This document shows, in pieces, positions 42,656 through 51,936 of a DNA stretch of 64,000 nt. Within the stretch, counting starts at the first letter, position 1. Every line of letters begins with the position of its first letter. This DNA comes from Verrucomicrobiaceae bacterium (GTDB lineage: Bacteria; Verrucomicrobiota; Verrucomicrobiia; Verrucomicrobiales; V1-33). The notes below the pieces were generated by a model. It searched no databases, was not told where the DNA came from, and saw only the letters and a program-made list of their open reading frames with translations. A program made the translations under genes and the position numbers. The stretch covers positions 5,620 to 69,619 of the forward strand of contig JAIXPK010000220.1 in the NCBI GenBank assembly GCA_027486335.1, given 5' to 3'.

Positions 42656-45349
42656 TCAGCGTGGCGGTTCCGGGGAGACTGGCGGGTTGGGAGAAGGGAA
42701 CGCGGGGCTGGTTGGGGAAGGAGCGGGATTGGTGGACGGGCTGTCTTTGGAGGGAGAGGCGACGGGTGCGAGGACGGCGCGGAAGCCGGTCCAGCTGTCG
42801 GGTTCGGCCTCTTGTGGGACGGCGCGGCGGAACTGGGTATTGAGTTCGAGGATGGCGGTGGCTGGGGTGGCCCATGAGGCACCGCGGGTGACAGCGAAGG
42901 CAGCGTTGGCGGGGTTCTTGCCGCCGTAGGCATCGGCGACGAATTCGGAGACATTGCCTGCCATGTCGTGGAGTTTGAATTCGGCGATGCGAAACGAGCC
43001 GACTGGGGCGGTGAAGGGGGTGCCGTCGTCGTAGGCGAGTTGTTCGACGGCTTTGACCTGTTCCGGGGCGATGGCGTTGAGGGCGCCGGAGCGGGCGGCG
43101 GTGAGGTCGCCGAGATTGCCGCCGGGTTTGGGGTTAGCGGCGTCAGGGAGAGGCGGGAAGAGGTAGTGGGGGAGCCATGGGTAGACCCCGGTGATGCGGA
43201 GGTGGCGTTCGGACGGGGAAGTGAGGAGAGGGTCGATGTCGGGAGCGCCGGCGGCGGCGGACCATTCGGCGTCGGTGGGGAGACGGTATTCGCGGCGGTC
43301 GTCGAGGAGCCCTTCGGTGCGTTCCTTCTGGGTGAGCCAGCGGCAGAAGTTCTGGGCTTCGGTGCGGGTGATGCGGGTGACAGGGTGGGTGCCGTCTGGT
43401 GGGGCGGGGACTGGAGGGGAGGGTGGGCGGATGGCGGTGGCGGAGGCGGCGGCGAAGGCGGCGAAGTCCTGGACGCGGGTTTCCCACTGACTGAAGAAGA
43501 GCTGGTCGACGGGTTGGAAGACCATGCCGAGACTGTTCTGCCATTCTTTGCCGGTGACCGGGCGGCGGCTTTGTTTGAGTTGGGCTTTGAGGAGGAGCGT
43601 GCCGCCGCTGGGGACATCGCCTTCGACGATGGCGTCTTCGAAGCCGTCGAAGGTGACGGTGAATTTGACGGGGCCGGTGCGGCGGCCGTACATGGTGAAG
43701 GGCGTGAGTTTGAGGAGACGGCCGTTTTCGAAGACTCGGGCGGAGGAAGGGACGCTTTCGAAGACGACCTTGCCGGTGCGTTCGGCGACGCAGCGGAAGC
43801 AGATGGTGGCGCCTGCTTTGAGTTCCGGGGAGGCTGGGTTGGGCGATTTTTTTGGGGTGTAGGGTTCCGGGCGGTAGCACCAGTCGTCGGGGAGGAAGCC
43901 GGAGAGCCGTTCGGATTCGGTGAGGCGGTCGCAGTAGCGGAGGGCTTCTTCCGGGGGGACACTGATCATGTAGATGGTGCCCTGGTCGCCGAAGTTTTCG
44001 TCGATGACGGTTCCTGACATGATCTGGAGGACATCGCGGAATTGGTCATAGCTGACGGGCCAGCGGGAGACATGGGAGAGCCCGCGTGGGTCGAAGAGCA
44101 TGCGGATGCTATTGGTCCATGGCTGGCCGGGGACGGGTGGGTCGTAGAAGGAGAGCTTGACTGGAGGAGGTGCGACGGTGCCGCCGGGGATGATCTGGTC
44201 GATGCGAACGGAGGTTTCGCGGTGTCTGGCGAGGCGGAGCGTGAAGTCAGCGGCTCCGACGGGGATTCCGTTGATGGTGGCGGGGGTTTTGCCGAGAGAG
44301 CGGCCCTGGAAGAAGATGTCTGCACCTTTGGGGGTGCTTTCGAAGTAGACGGCACCGGAGACGGGAGGGAGGGGTGTATTGAGATCGTGGAATCGGCCTG
44401 GGGGCCATGGGAGATCGCCCTTGTGACGCCAGACGAGGAGGGAGAAGGCGGCGATGGCGCTGTAGATGGTGAGAGCGGCGGCGCGGCGGAGCCATGCGAA
44501 GCGATTGCGGCGGACCTTGCGAGCGGCGCGGAGGGCGTCGGCCATGGGGCGGGCGCCGGGGAAGCGTTTTTTGGGATTGGGGGCGCAGGCTTTGCAGACG
44601 ACGTCGTTGAGGGCACGCCACATGGGGCGATTGACGGCGTTGCCGAGGTCGTCCGGGAGTTCTGGGAACTGGAGCCGGTCGTTGCCGGTGGACATTTCGT
44701 AGAGGACCATGCCGAGACTGTAGAGGTCTGCGGAGGCGGACCCCGGGCCTTCCGGAGGGACGAAGCCTTCGGTGCCGACATAGGTGTGCTGGCCTTCGGC
44801 GGCGACGAGGCCGATGTCGGCGAGTTTGGCCTTACCGTTGACGAAGATGATGTTGGAGGGCTTGATGTCGCGGTGGGTGAGCCCGTGTTCGTGGAGGTGG
44901 ACGAGGGCGTCGGCGAGAGTGATGCCGTGGTCGATGCACTCTTCGATGGAGAGACGGCGGTGGGCGGTGCGGTCGGTGCCCATGGTGCGGGCCTCGTACT
45001 CTGCGGGGTCGATGCGGCTTCCGCGGTCGCGGTCGTCGCCTAGTTCCATGACGTAGTAGTAGAAGCCTTCGTCGTCGTTTCTGCCGACATGGAGGATGTG
45101 GACGAGGCCCTGGTGGTCGCGGGAGATGGGTTCGAATTTGCGGATGCCGTCGAATTCGCGTTCGAAGGTACGGTCGAGTTCGAAGTCTTCGCGGCGGACG
45201 ACTTTGACGGCGCGGAGTGCGCCGGTGACGCTTCTGGCGAGCCAGACCTCGCCATAGCTGCCCCTGCCGATGCAGCGCAGGACCTCGTGGTCGGGGATGC
45301 GCGGGGGATCGGTACGGATGGCGACGAGCTTAGATGAGCTGCTTTTCAA
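42656..45349 (-). CDS. Ser/Thr protein kinase fused to two PEGA domains and an FGE-sulfatase (SUMF1-like) domain
   Basis: IGRGSYGEVWLA, HRDIKPSNIIF, DIGLVA; TM segment; PEGA units (VYFESTPKGADIFFQGRSLGKTP, VVFESVPSSARVFENGRLL). The C-terminal FGE-like region includes WQNSLGMVF, HDMAGNVSEF and RGASWA. TTG start at 45349, overlapping the sigma gene by 20 nt. Confidence 0.85.
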   Translation of the reverse strand: MKSSSSKLVAIRTDPPRIPDHEVLRCIGRGSYGEVWLARSVTGALRAVKVVRREDFELDRTFEREFDGIRKFEPISRDHQGLVHILHVGRNDDEGFYYYVMELGDDRDRGSRIDPAEYEARTMGTDRTAHRRLSIEECIDHGITLADALVHLHEHGLTHRDIKPSNIIFVNGKAKLADIGLVAAEGQHTYVGTEGFVPPEGPGSASADLYSLGMVLYEMSTGNDRLQFPELPDDLGNAVNRPMWRALNDVVCKACAPNPKKRFPGARPMADALRAARKVRRNRFAWLRRAAALTIYSAIAAFSLLVWRHKGDLPWPPGRFHDLNTPLPPVSGAVYFESTPKGADIFFQGRSLGKTPATINGIPVGAADFTLRLARHRETSVRIDQIIPGGTVAPPPVKLSFYDPPVPGQPWTNSIRMLFDPRGLSHVSRWPVSYDQFRDVLQIMSGTVIDENFGDQGTIYMISVPPEEALRYCDRLTESERLSGFLPDDWCYRPEPYTPKKSPNPASPELKAGATICFRCVAERTGKVVFESVPSSARVFENGRLLKLTPFTMYGRRTGPVKFTVTFDGFEDAIVEGDVPSGGTLLLKAQLKQSRRPVTGKEWQNSLGMVFQPVDQLFFSQWETRVQDFAAFAAASATAIRPPSPPVPAPPDGTHPVTRITRTEAQNFCRWLTQKERTEGLLDDRREYRLPTDAEWSAAAGAPDIDPLLTSPSERHLRITGVYPWLPHYLFPPLPDAANPKPGGNLGDLTAARSGALNAIAPEQVKAVEQLAYDDGTPFTAPVGSFRIAEFKLHDMAGNVSEFVADAYGGKNPANAAFAVTRGASWATPATAILELNTQFRRAVPQEAEPDSWTGFRAVLAPVASPSKDSPSTNPAPSPTSPAFPSPNPPVSPEPPR

Positions 45350-46040
45350 GTTCCGCGATCTCTTTCTTGATGAGGCCCCCGACGCGGTGTTTGGCGAGGT
45401 AGACCTGAGCCATGCTGACGCCGAGTTCGGTCATGACTTTTTTGACGGACCAGCCCTTGATGACGTAGGCGTCGAAGATCTGGAACTGGCGGGGGGAGAC
45501 TCGTTGTTTGACGGTGGCGACGGCGCGGTCGGCGAGATTCTGTTTCCACTCGAGGTCCCAGATGCCGTCGAGTTTCTGGGCTTTTGGGTCGGCGAAGCGG
45601 TCGAGGGTGGACGTTTTGCGGTCGTCCTCGTCCGGGAATTTCTGCATGGCGGTGTCCTTGGCGCGTTTGCGGAATTGGTCGCCGATGCGCCAGCGGGTCA
45701 TGTTCATGAGCCAGACCTTGAAGGAACCGGCTTTGGGGTCGTAGCGGTGTTCGCGGCTTTGTTTGGCGATGGCGAGGATGGTTTCCTGGACGACGTCGAG
45801 GGCTTCTTCGGGGCGGAGACCGCTTTTGAGGCCGACGCCGTAGATGAGGCGCCAGTAGGTGCGGTAGAACTCGTCCCATGAGCGTTGGTCCTCCCAGTTG
45901 CCGAGTCGTTCGATGAGACTCTTGCGAGTCTTCTCGTAGTGGGAGCGCACGACTTCTTCCGCTGGTTCAACCACCTGTTCAGGGGGGGCTGGATCGGCGG
46001 CGGGAGGGGGATCGTCCGCGATGTCTTTCCGACGGGCCAT
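45330..46040 (-). CDS. ECF-type sigma-70 family factor (kinase-coupled)
   Basis: RSWDEFYRTYWRLIYGVGLKSGL, FKVWLMNMTRWRIGDQFRKR, QFQIFDAYVIKG, and the region 4 HTH KKVMTELGVSMAQVYLAKHRV. Confidence 0.85.
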   Translation of the reverse strand: MARRKDIADDPPPAADPAPPEQVVEPAEEVVRSHYEKTRKSLIERLGNWEDQRSWDEFYRTYWRLIYGVGLKSGLRPEEALDVVQETILAIAKQSREHRYDPKAGSFKVWLMNMTRWRIGDQFRKRAKDTAMQKFPDEDDRKTSTLDRFADPKAQKLDGIWDLEWKQNLADRAVATVKQRVSPRQFQIFDAYVIKGWSVKKVMTELGVSMAQVYLAKHRVGGLIKKEIAELEKQLI

Positions 46041-46905
46041 GATGAGAATTTACCCCGGAAACCTTAAAGTCTAATGCTGTTTGATGTCGAATGAAAAAGG
46101 GGGAAGGGGGTGGTGGGCTCTGCGCAGCGGGCCGAGGACCATTGTGGCGGTGGATTTCGGGCGCGGTTTGTGGTCGCCCGACTGGTGGTATGCAGGATGC
46201 TTGAGTCGGCTCGGGCGAACGGCAGTCCGATGGGCTCGGCTTGCCGGGGCGGTGACGGGCCATTTGATGCCGAGATTTGGCTCGTGGGCTTTGGTCTTGA
46301 AGTAAAGCGGCTGGGCAGGGTTGCGAAGTGGTCACCGCCTCAGGTGAAGGCGGGGAGGGTTTCATGCTGACGGCCAAGAGCGGCGGGGGAGGGGTGGTGC
46401 CGCGGAGGGTGATATAGGCGCACTGGTGGAGATCAGGGGCAGTGGTGTGATCATGGCCCCCGCGGTGTGTTGTGGTGTTGGCGGCGGCTTATAGCCGTGA
46501 GAGTTGTGGCAGTGCGACGGAAGCGAGTGTCGTCTGGGCAGATCGTCCGGACGCGGAAGATGATGGAGAGGACATGGCGGAATGAAGTCACCCGGATGGG
46601 GCGAATGGTTCAGCAGGAAATGCGGCCTGCCTTGTGTGCCTAGTGTAAGGGGTGAGGTGAAAATCGGTGATAGAAAGACAACGAAGTGAGAATTCTCTTG
46701 GCAAACCGGTGAAGGAAAGGTACGCCGCGTGGCATGCTTGAAGACTTTTGCAGTGCGCACCCTGCGTGGGGAGTCTTTGTCCTGAGGGTTCAGGCGTGGA
46801 GCCAATGGAACTGTTTCGTGATTCGGAGCGTGCGGGGGACCGGGTGCATTCCGCATCGAGGCGCGGTAGCATGATTCGGCAATCAACCAACGACGATTTG
46901 TTTAC

Positions 46906-47751
46906 ATGAAGCATCAACTTCCGTTAAGTGTCCTGCTGGGCCTGTTTGCCTGCGGCATTGGCCGAGCGTTTCCGCCGGCGCCGTACTACACGATTTTTGG
47001 TACGGTGCGGGATCAGGTTGGGCAGACGCTGAATGTTGAAGGGGCGGTGGTGGTGCTGTTAAAGGGAACGGTGGAGATTGGGCGGTCGCCGATCCGGAGC
47101 GGGTTGCTGCTGGAGCAGAATTATGATCTTAGTGTGCGGTTGGATCACAACCGCAACGGCACGGCGTTATATACGGACAAGGCAGTGATTACCGAGGGGC
47201 AGTTCAGCCTTGCTGTGGAGATGAACGGCAGCCGGTTTCTCCCGATTGAGGTGAGTGGCAATCTGAGGGCGGGAAAGGGAGGAGAGCGGGTGCGGTTAGA
47301 TTTGAATCTCGGCGAGGATGTGGATAGGGACGGCCTTCCGGATGTGTGGGAGCAATGGCAGCTTTATCAGGCGGGAGTGTTGCCGGACGAGAACGGCAAC
47401 TGGCCGATCAACCTATTGAGCATGCGAGGGGATTTTGACAAAGACGGGCTTTCGGACTGGACGGAGTATCTGGCGGGGACCTTTGCTGGGGATGCTACGG
47501 AGCGATTCACACTTGAGATCAGGGAGAAGACAGCAGGCAGTGTCCGGCTGGAGTTTTACGGTATTACTGGGAAGACGTACACGATTGAGCGGAGTACGGA
47601 TGTGAAGACGTGGGCACCTGTGGAATTCTCCATTGGTAGTCCGGCTGCGGGAGCTGGTGCTTATACCGCCCGGGAGGTGGGAATCATCCGGGCGTTTGCC
47701 ACCCCGGCGCCGGGCAATGAGAAGGAGTTCTACCGGTTGACCGTGCGTTGA
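46906..47751 (+). CDS. Lipoprotein-like secreted protein with TSP3-like Asp motifs
   Basis: MKHQLPLSVLLGLFAC leader. DVDRDGLPDVWE and DFDKDGLSDWTEY calcium-site-like motifs. C-terminal TYTIERSTDVKTW...KEFYRLTV module. Confidence 0.7.
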   Translation: MKHQLPLSVLLGLFACGIGRAFPPAPYYTIFGTVRDQVGQTLNVEGAVVVLLKGTVEIGRSPIRSGLLLEQNYDLSVRLDHNRNGTALYTDKAVITEGQFSLAVEMNGSRFLPIEVSGNLRAGKGGERVRLDLNLGEDVDRDGLPDVWEQWQLYQAGVLPDENGNWPINLLSMRGDFDKDGLSDWTEYLAGTFAGDATERFTLEIREKTAGSVRLEFYGITGKTYTIERSTDVKTWAPVEFSIGSPAAGAGAYTAREVGIIRAFATPAPGNEKEFYRLTVR

Positions 47752-47803
47752 GAGTGAGCGCGGAAAACGGACAAGCAGTGAGGACCGCAGAAGCAGGAAC
47801 CAG

Positions 47804-49600
47804 ATGAAAAAGCAGAATACAGTACACAAAAAGGCCGAGTTAGGTTCTCGGGCGATTCTGGCCGCGTTATTTCTGATGGCATCGTTTGCCGACCGGGCCT
47901 CCGCGCAGTGGCAAACGGTATCCTATGCGCTCAAAGGCGGCTGGAACTCGATTTATCTGCATGGGGATGCCAGTTATGCGCCCATTGAAACACTATTTCC
48001 TAACGCCGGTGCGACGGCAGTCATTCAGGAGGTCTGGCGCTGGAATCCCAACCCGGATCAGGTGCAGTTCACGGAATCGCCGTTGATTCCGGCGACTGGC
48101 ACTCCGGAGTGGAGCGTATGGATCCGTGGTGGCGTTGCAAACACGCTGAGCACCCTCAACGGGCAGACGGCCTATCTGGTGAAGTGCTCCGGGGCCGGGA
48201 CAACATCGCATCCGGCGGTGACTATCAAGCAGTCGCCGAGACTGCCGGGGAACACGTGGGTGCGCAATGGAGCGAATTTTCTTGGATTCCCGGCGTTCTG
48301 GAATGGAAACAGCTATCCATTGTTGTCGAGTTACTTCGCGACCTTTCCGGCAGCCATTGCGGCGAATGCGAGGGTCTTCAGGTACGTGGGAGGGGACCTT
48401 GGAGCGGGCAATCCACTGCAGATTTTTTCCCCTGCTACCGAGCGACTGGATGCGACCCAAGCCTACTGGTTTTCGGCCGAGGTGGTGGGCAACTTTTCCT
48501 CGCCGCTGTCCATCAGCCTGAGTACGGCTGACGGCATGGATTTCGGCCGGAATGGGAGCATCATCAGCGCTCGATTGATGAACCGGAGCGCGGCCGCGAT
48601 GACGGTTACGATATCGCCGGTGGCATCCAGTTCCGCGCCGGCCGGTCAGGACGATCTCGGTGGCAGCACCAACAATGCCGGCTTGCCCACGGGCAACGTG
48701 CCGGTCACCCGCCGGTCGTTCGATGCTGGCACTGGACAGTGGATTGAAACGCTGATCAGCAGCAGCTATACGCAGGTAATCGGCCCTGGTGGTTCGGTGG
48801 AGTTGTTCTTTGGGATTGATCGTACTGCCATGACCGCGGCCAGTCCGGGCGCGCTCTATGCGTCACTGCTCCGCATGACGGACAATACGCTATTTGACAT
48901 CCTCGTGCCTGTCAGAGCGCGCAAGACCTCTCTTTCCGGCCTCTGGGTGGGTGATGCACTTGTCAAGGCGGTCGAGAGCAAGCCTGCTGCGGACGCAGTG
49001 ACGGCCACGGCCCGTCCCTATCCGCTGCGTTACATACTTCATGTGGCTGATGACGGCACGGCCCGGGTGCTTTCCCAAGTTTACCTTGGACGGCTGAGCA
49101 CGCCTGGAAACAACTTCGGTGTCTGCACGAAGGAAGCCGGACTCCTTGGGACTGAGAAGGCCAAAGCTGCCAGGATCTGCGCCGTGCATCTGCCGCTGGA
49201 CCGTGTGCTGGACGGCAGTGCGGGCAGTGGCAGTGTGGCGGTGCCGGGAACACTCAGCCGCAGCATCAGCCTGCCGTTTGATGATCCGACGAATCCATTT
49301 GTTCACAAGTACCACCCGGATCACGACAACAAAGACCCGCGGGGTCAGCCACTTTCTGCTGGTAAGGAAAGCTACAGCGTCACTCGCGAGGTAACCTTTA
49401 CCTTCACGAGCACCCCACCGCCGGGCAGCACCGTTACGTCCGGTTGGGGCAGCACGGTGATTGGCGGCAACTACGCGGAGGTGATCCACGGGCTGCACAA
49501 GGACAGCGCGGGCGTCGGTGCCGGGAACGGCCTGAACCTCAGGGGCACGTTCGAGCTGCACCGCATCTCCGAACTGGGGAGTATTTCGATCAATCCCTGA
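47804..49600 (+). CDS. Secreted 598-aa protein, no recognisable family
   Basis: Signal peptide ...AALFLMASFADRASAQ. An uninterrupted ORF with protein-like composition, starting 52 nt after the previous gene. Confidence 0.7.
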   Translation: MKKQNTVHKKAELGSRAILAALFLMASFADRASAQWQTVSYALKGGWNSIYLHGDASYAPIETLFPNAGATAVIQEVWRWNPNPDQVQFTESPLIPATGTPEWSVWIRGGVANTLSTLNGQTAYLVKCSGAGTTSHPAVTIKQSPRLPGNTWVRNGANFLGFPAFWNGNSYPLLSSYFATFPAAIAANARVFRYVGGDLGAGNPLQIFSPATERLDATQAYWFSAEVVGNFSSPLSISLSTADGMDFGRNGSIISARLMNRSAAAMTVTISPVASSSAPAGQDDLGGSTNNAGLPTGNVPVTRRSFDAGTGQWIETLISSSYTQVIGPGGSVELFFGIDRTAMTAASPGALYASLLRMTDNTLFDILVPVRARKTSLSGLWVGDALVKAVESKPAADAVTATARPYPLRYILHVADDGTARVLSQVYLGRLSTPGNNFGVCTKEAGLLGTEKAKAARICAVHLPLDRVLDGSAGSGSVAVPGTLSRSISLPFDDPTNPFVHKYHPDHDNKDPRGQPLSAGKESYSVTREVTFTFTSTPPPGSTVTSGWGSTVIGGNYAEVIHGLHKDSAGVGAGNGLNLRGTFELHRISELGSISINP

Positions 49601-49653
49601 CTTAATTGCCGAAGAAGCACTTTCAACAACCGGAATAGCCAACCCACCAAGCC

Positions 49654-51753
49654 ATGAACACGACCTTCCGCCAGTTCCTGACAATGTTTCTGCTCGCGCT
49701 GCCGGCGAGCGTGACGGCCCAGACTGCCACCACTGCCATCCCGGGTTCGATCAGCTATCAGGGACGCGTGCTTGACTCGACGGGAGCCCCGGTTGGCGGC
49801 ACGGCCCAGAACCCCAATCCGGTCAACCGCACGGTCATCTTCCGGGTGTGGGACCATCCGTCCAACACGCAGAATGCCAACCTGATTTACTCCGAGCAGC
49901 AGACTGTGACCATCTCGGCTGGAGAGTTCAGCGTGCTTGTGGGCACCGGCACTGGCACGAGCATCACGCCCTTTGGATTTTCGGAAACGCCGAAGGGGCC
50001 ACCCGTGGTGAGCATTGCGGATGCCTTCAACGGTTCGAGTCGCTATCTTGGTGTGACTGTGGCGGCCGGGGCAGCGATCGCGACGACGGACAATGAGATC
50101 AGTCCACGTCAGCAGGTTGTGACGTCTGCCTTTGCCTTCCGCTCGAGGTTTGCCGAGTCACTTGGCACCAGCGCCCGCACGGCCCTGACCACTCTGGATT
50201 CGGGAAACATCGGTGTTGGGAATGCCTCGCCGCCGGCGCGGTTCACAGTCACTGACGCAGGCACCGGCACCGGCAGCCCGCAGTTGGTCATTACTGCGGA
50301 CGATGTAACGGAGCGGCTCCGTATCGGGGTGGACAGCACGGGCAGCGGCACTGGGTACATCCAGTCCTTCAAAGAGGGCAGCGGGGCGCAGAATTTTCTG
50401 CTGAACCCGAACGGCGGGAATATTGGCATCGGCATGACCACGGCCCCGACCTCCCGGCTGGATGTCAATGGTGGCATCAAGGCCACGGGTCCCGGGGGGC
50501 ACTCGTTCAACTCGGGAGACACTGGTGGCGGCCTGTTCTCGCCAGCGGCCGGTGTCGTGACGCTCCACACGAGTGGCTCGGAGAGAGTGCGGGTGGATGG
50601 CAGCGGCAATCTTGGCATCGGCACGACCAATCCTGCGGCCCGGTTGTCGCTTGGCTCCACCCTCGCCAACACCAAGTTGGCCCTCTTCGACGATGGGACA
50701 ACGTTGATGGGTCTGGGCGTCCAGGGGAATCAGTTTCGGTTCCACACTGGGAATGCCACGGACCGCTTCGTGTTTCTGAATGCGCCGAATGGAGCGGAAA
50801 CGATGACTATTACGGGCAACGGAAATGTCGGTATCGGGACGAACAACCCTTTCGCGCGGCTTGAGGTCGCCGGTGGAAACGCGATGATCCGCGGCACGAA
50901 CCCCGCAGACAATCTGGGTCTGACCCTCGTGAGCAGCGCGGGGACGGAACGCGGTGCCTTCGGAATGGGAGGAGGCCCTCAAGCCTGGTCCACCGATGCC
51001 TTGGCTGGTGATGCCGTGCTGCGTGCGAGCGCCGGCAGGCTACTGTTGCAGTCGGGAAGCGGACCAGCGGCGATCTGCATCAATTTGTTCAACAGTGTCG
51101 GCATCGGCACCCCTTCGCCCGCTGATCTGCTGCATGTCAGGGGTGCGTTGCGGATCGAGCATGCGTCCAATGGAAACAACTACCGGATGTTTGTGGATAA
51201 CACCAATTCGCTCATATTCCGGTGCAATCTGACGGCCGGAAACAACTTTTCATTCCTATCGCCGACATCGTTCGGCTTGATCTCCACTTCGGACCGCCGC
51301 GTGAAGAAGGACATAGAGCCGATGACCGATTGCCTTGCCCGCCTGATGAGACTTACGCCGAGCACATTCCGCTACAAGCACGCGTCGGCCGATTCGCCTC
51401 TGATTCACGGGTTCATTTCCCAGGATGTGGAGAAGCAGTTCCCTGATCTCGTGCAGGAGAAGGACGGACTGAAGCATCTTGCGAGCGCTGGTTTCGAGGG
51501 GATCAACGCGCGGGCGATTCAGGAACTGAAGCTGGAGAAGGACGCCGAGGTGAAGGCGCTGCGTGAGGAGAACGAGGCGCTCAAGGCGCGGCTCGCGGCG
51601 CAGGAGAAGCGACTCGCCGGACTTGAAGCGCGCGACAAGGAAGACAAAGCCCTCGCTGCGAGGCTGGCCGCGCTGGAGAAACTGGTGCAGAGCGGGGCCG
51701 GAGGCAACGCGCGGCCTGTCGTTCTGAAAGCGGGTGCCCGGCGCGCGGAGTGA
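49654..51753 (+). CDS. Tail-fibre-like surface protein with S74 intramolecular-chaperone domain and C-terminal coiled coil
   Basis: Signal peptide. N-terminal ISYQGRVLDSTGAPV...FRVWD...LIYSEQQTVTISAGEFSVLVG. Five GN(I/V/L)GIG(T)..P..(R)L.V repeats. SDRRVKKDIEPM...FRYKH...GFISQDVEKQFPDLV is S74-like. Then LKLEKDAEVKALREENEALKARLAAQEKRLAGLEARDKEDKALAARLAALEKL. Confidence 0.8.
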   Translation: MNTTFRQFLTMFLLALPASVTAQTATTAIPGSISYQGRVLDSTGAPVGGTAQNPNPVNRTVIFRVWDHPSNTQNANLIYSEQQTVTISAGEFSVLVGTGTGTSITPFGFSETPKGPPVVSIADAFNGSSRYLGVTVAAGAAIATTDNEISPRQQVVTSAFAFRSRFAESLGTSARTALTTLDSGNIGVGNASPPARFTVTDAGTGTGSPQLVITADDVTERLRIGVDSTGSGTGYIQSFKEGSGAQNFLLNPNGGNIGIGMTTAPTSRLDVNGGIKATGPGGHSFNSGDTGGGLFSPAAGVVTLHTSGSERVRVDGSGNLGIGTTNPAARLSLGSTLANTKLALFDDGTTLMGLGVQGNQFRFHTGNATDRFVFLNAPNGAETMTITGNGNVGIGTNNPFARLEVAGGNAMIRGTNPADNLGLTLVSSAGTERGAFGMGGGPQAWSTDALAGDAVLRASAGRLLLQSGSGPAAICINLFNSVGIGTPSPADLLHVRGALRIEHASNGNNYRMFVDNTNSLIFRCNLTAGNNFSFLSPTSFGLISTSDRRVKKDIEPMTDCLARLMRLTPSTFRYKHASADSPLIHGFISQDVEKQFPDLVQEKDGLKHLASAGFEGINARAIQELKLEKDAEVKALREENEALKARLAAQEKRLAGLEARDKEDKALAARLAALEKLVQSGAGGNARPVVLKAGARRAE

Positions 51754-51936
51754 GTTGCTTTTTCTTTCCATTGTTGTGAAGCGAGGAAATCCAACCATGA
51801 GCCCGGATGCCTGGGAACGCTGGGACGCGGCAGCGACGTGGAGAGGCGCTGGGCAGGCCTCGCTAGTTCCGCCGCGTCAGGGCCTCTTTGTCCGTGTCCC
51901 GGGCTGTCTTATTCATCAGAACTGGTCATCGTTCCC

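Noticed and set aside
46041-46905. A known structured RNA (RNase P, SRP/4.5S, 6S, or a cobalamin or other riboswitch) in the long gap.
   Set aside because: None of the conserved core motifs I know for these families is present. I keep it only as an unexplained long leader in the findings.
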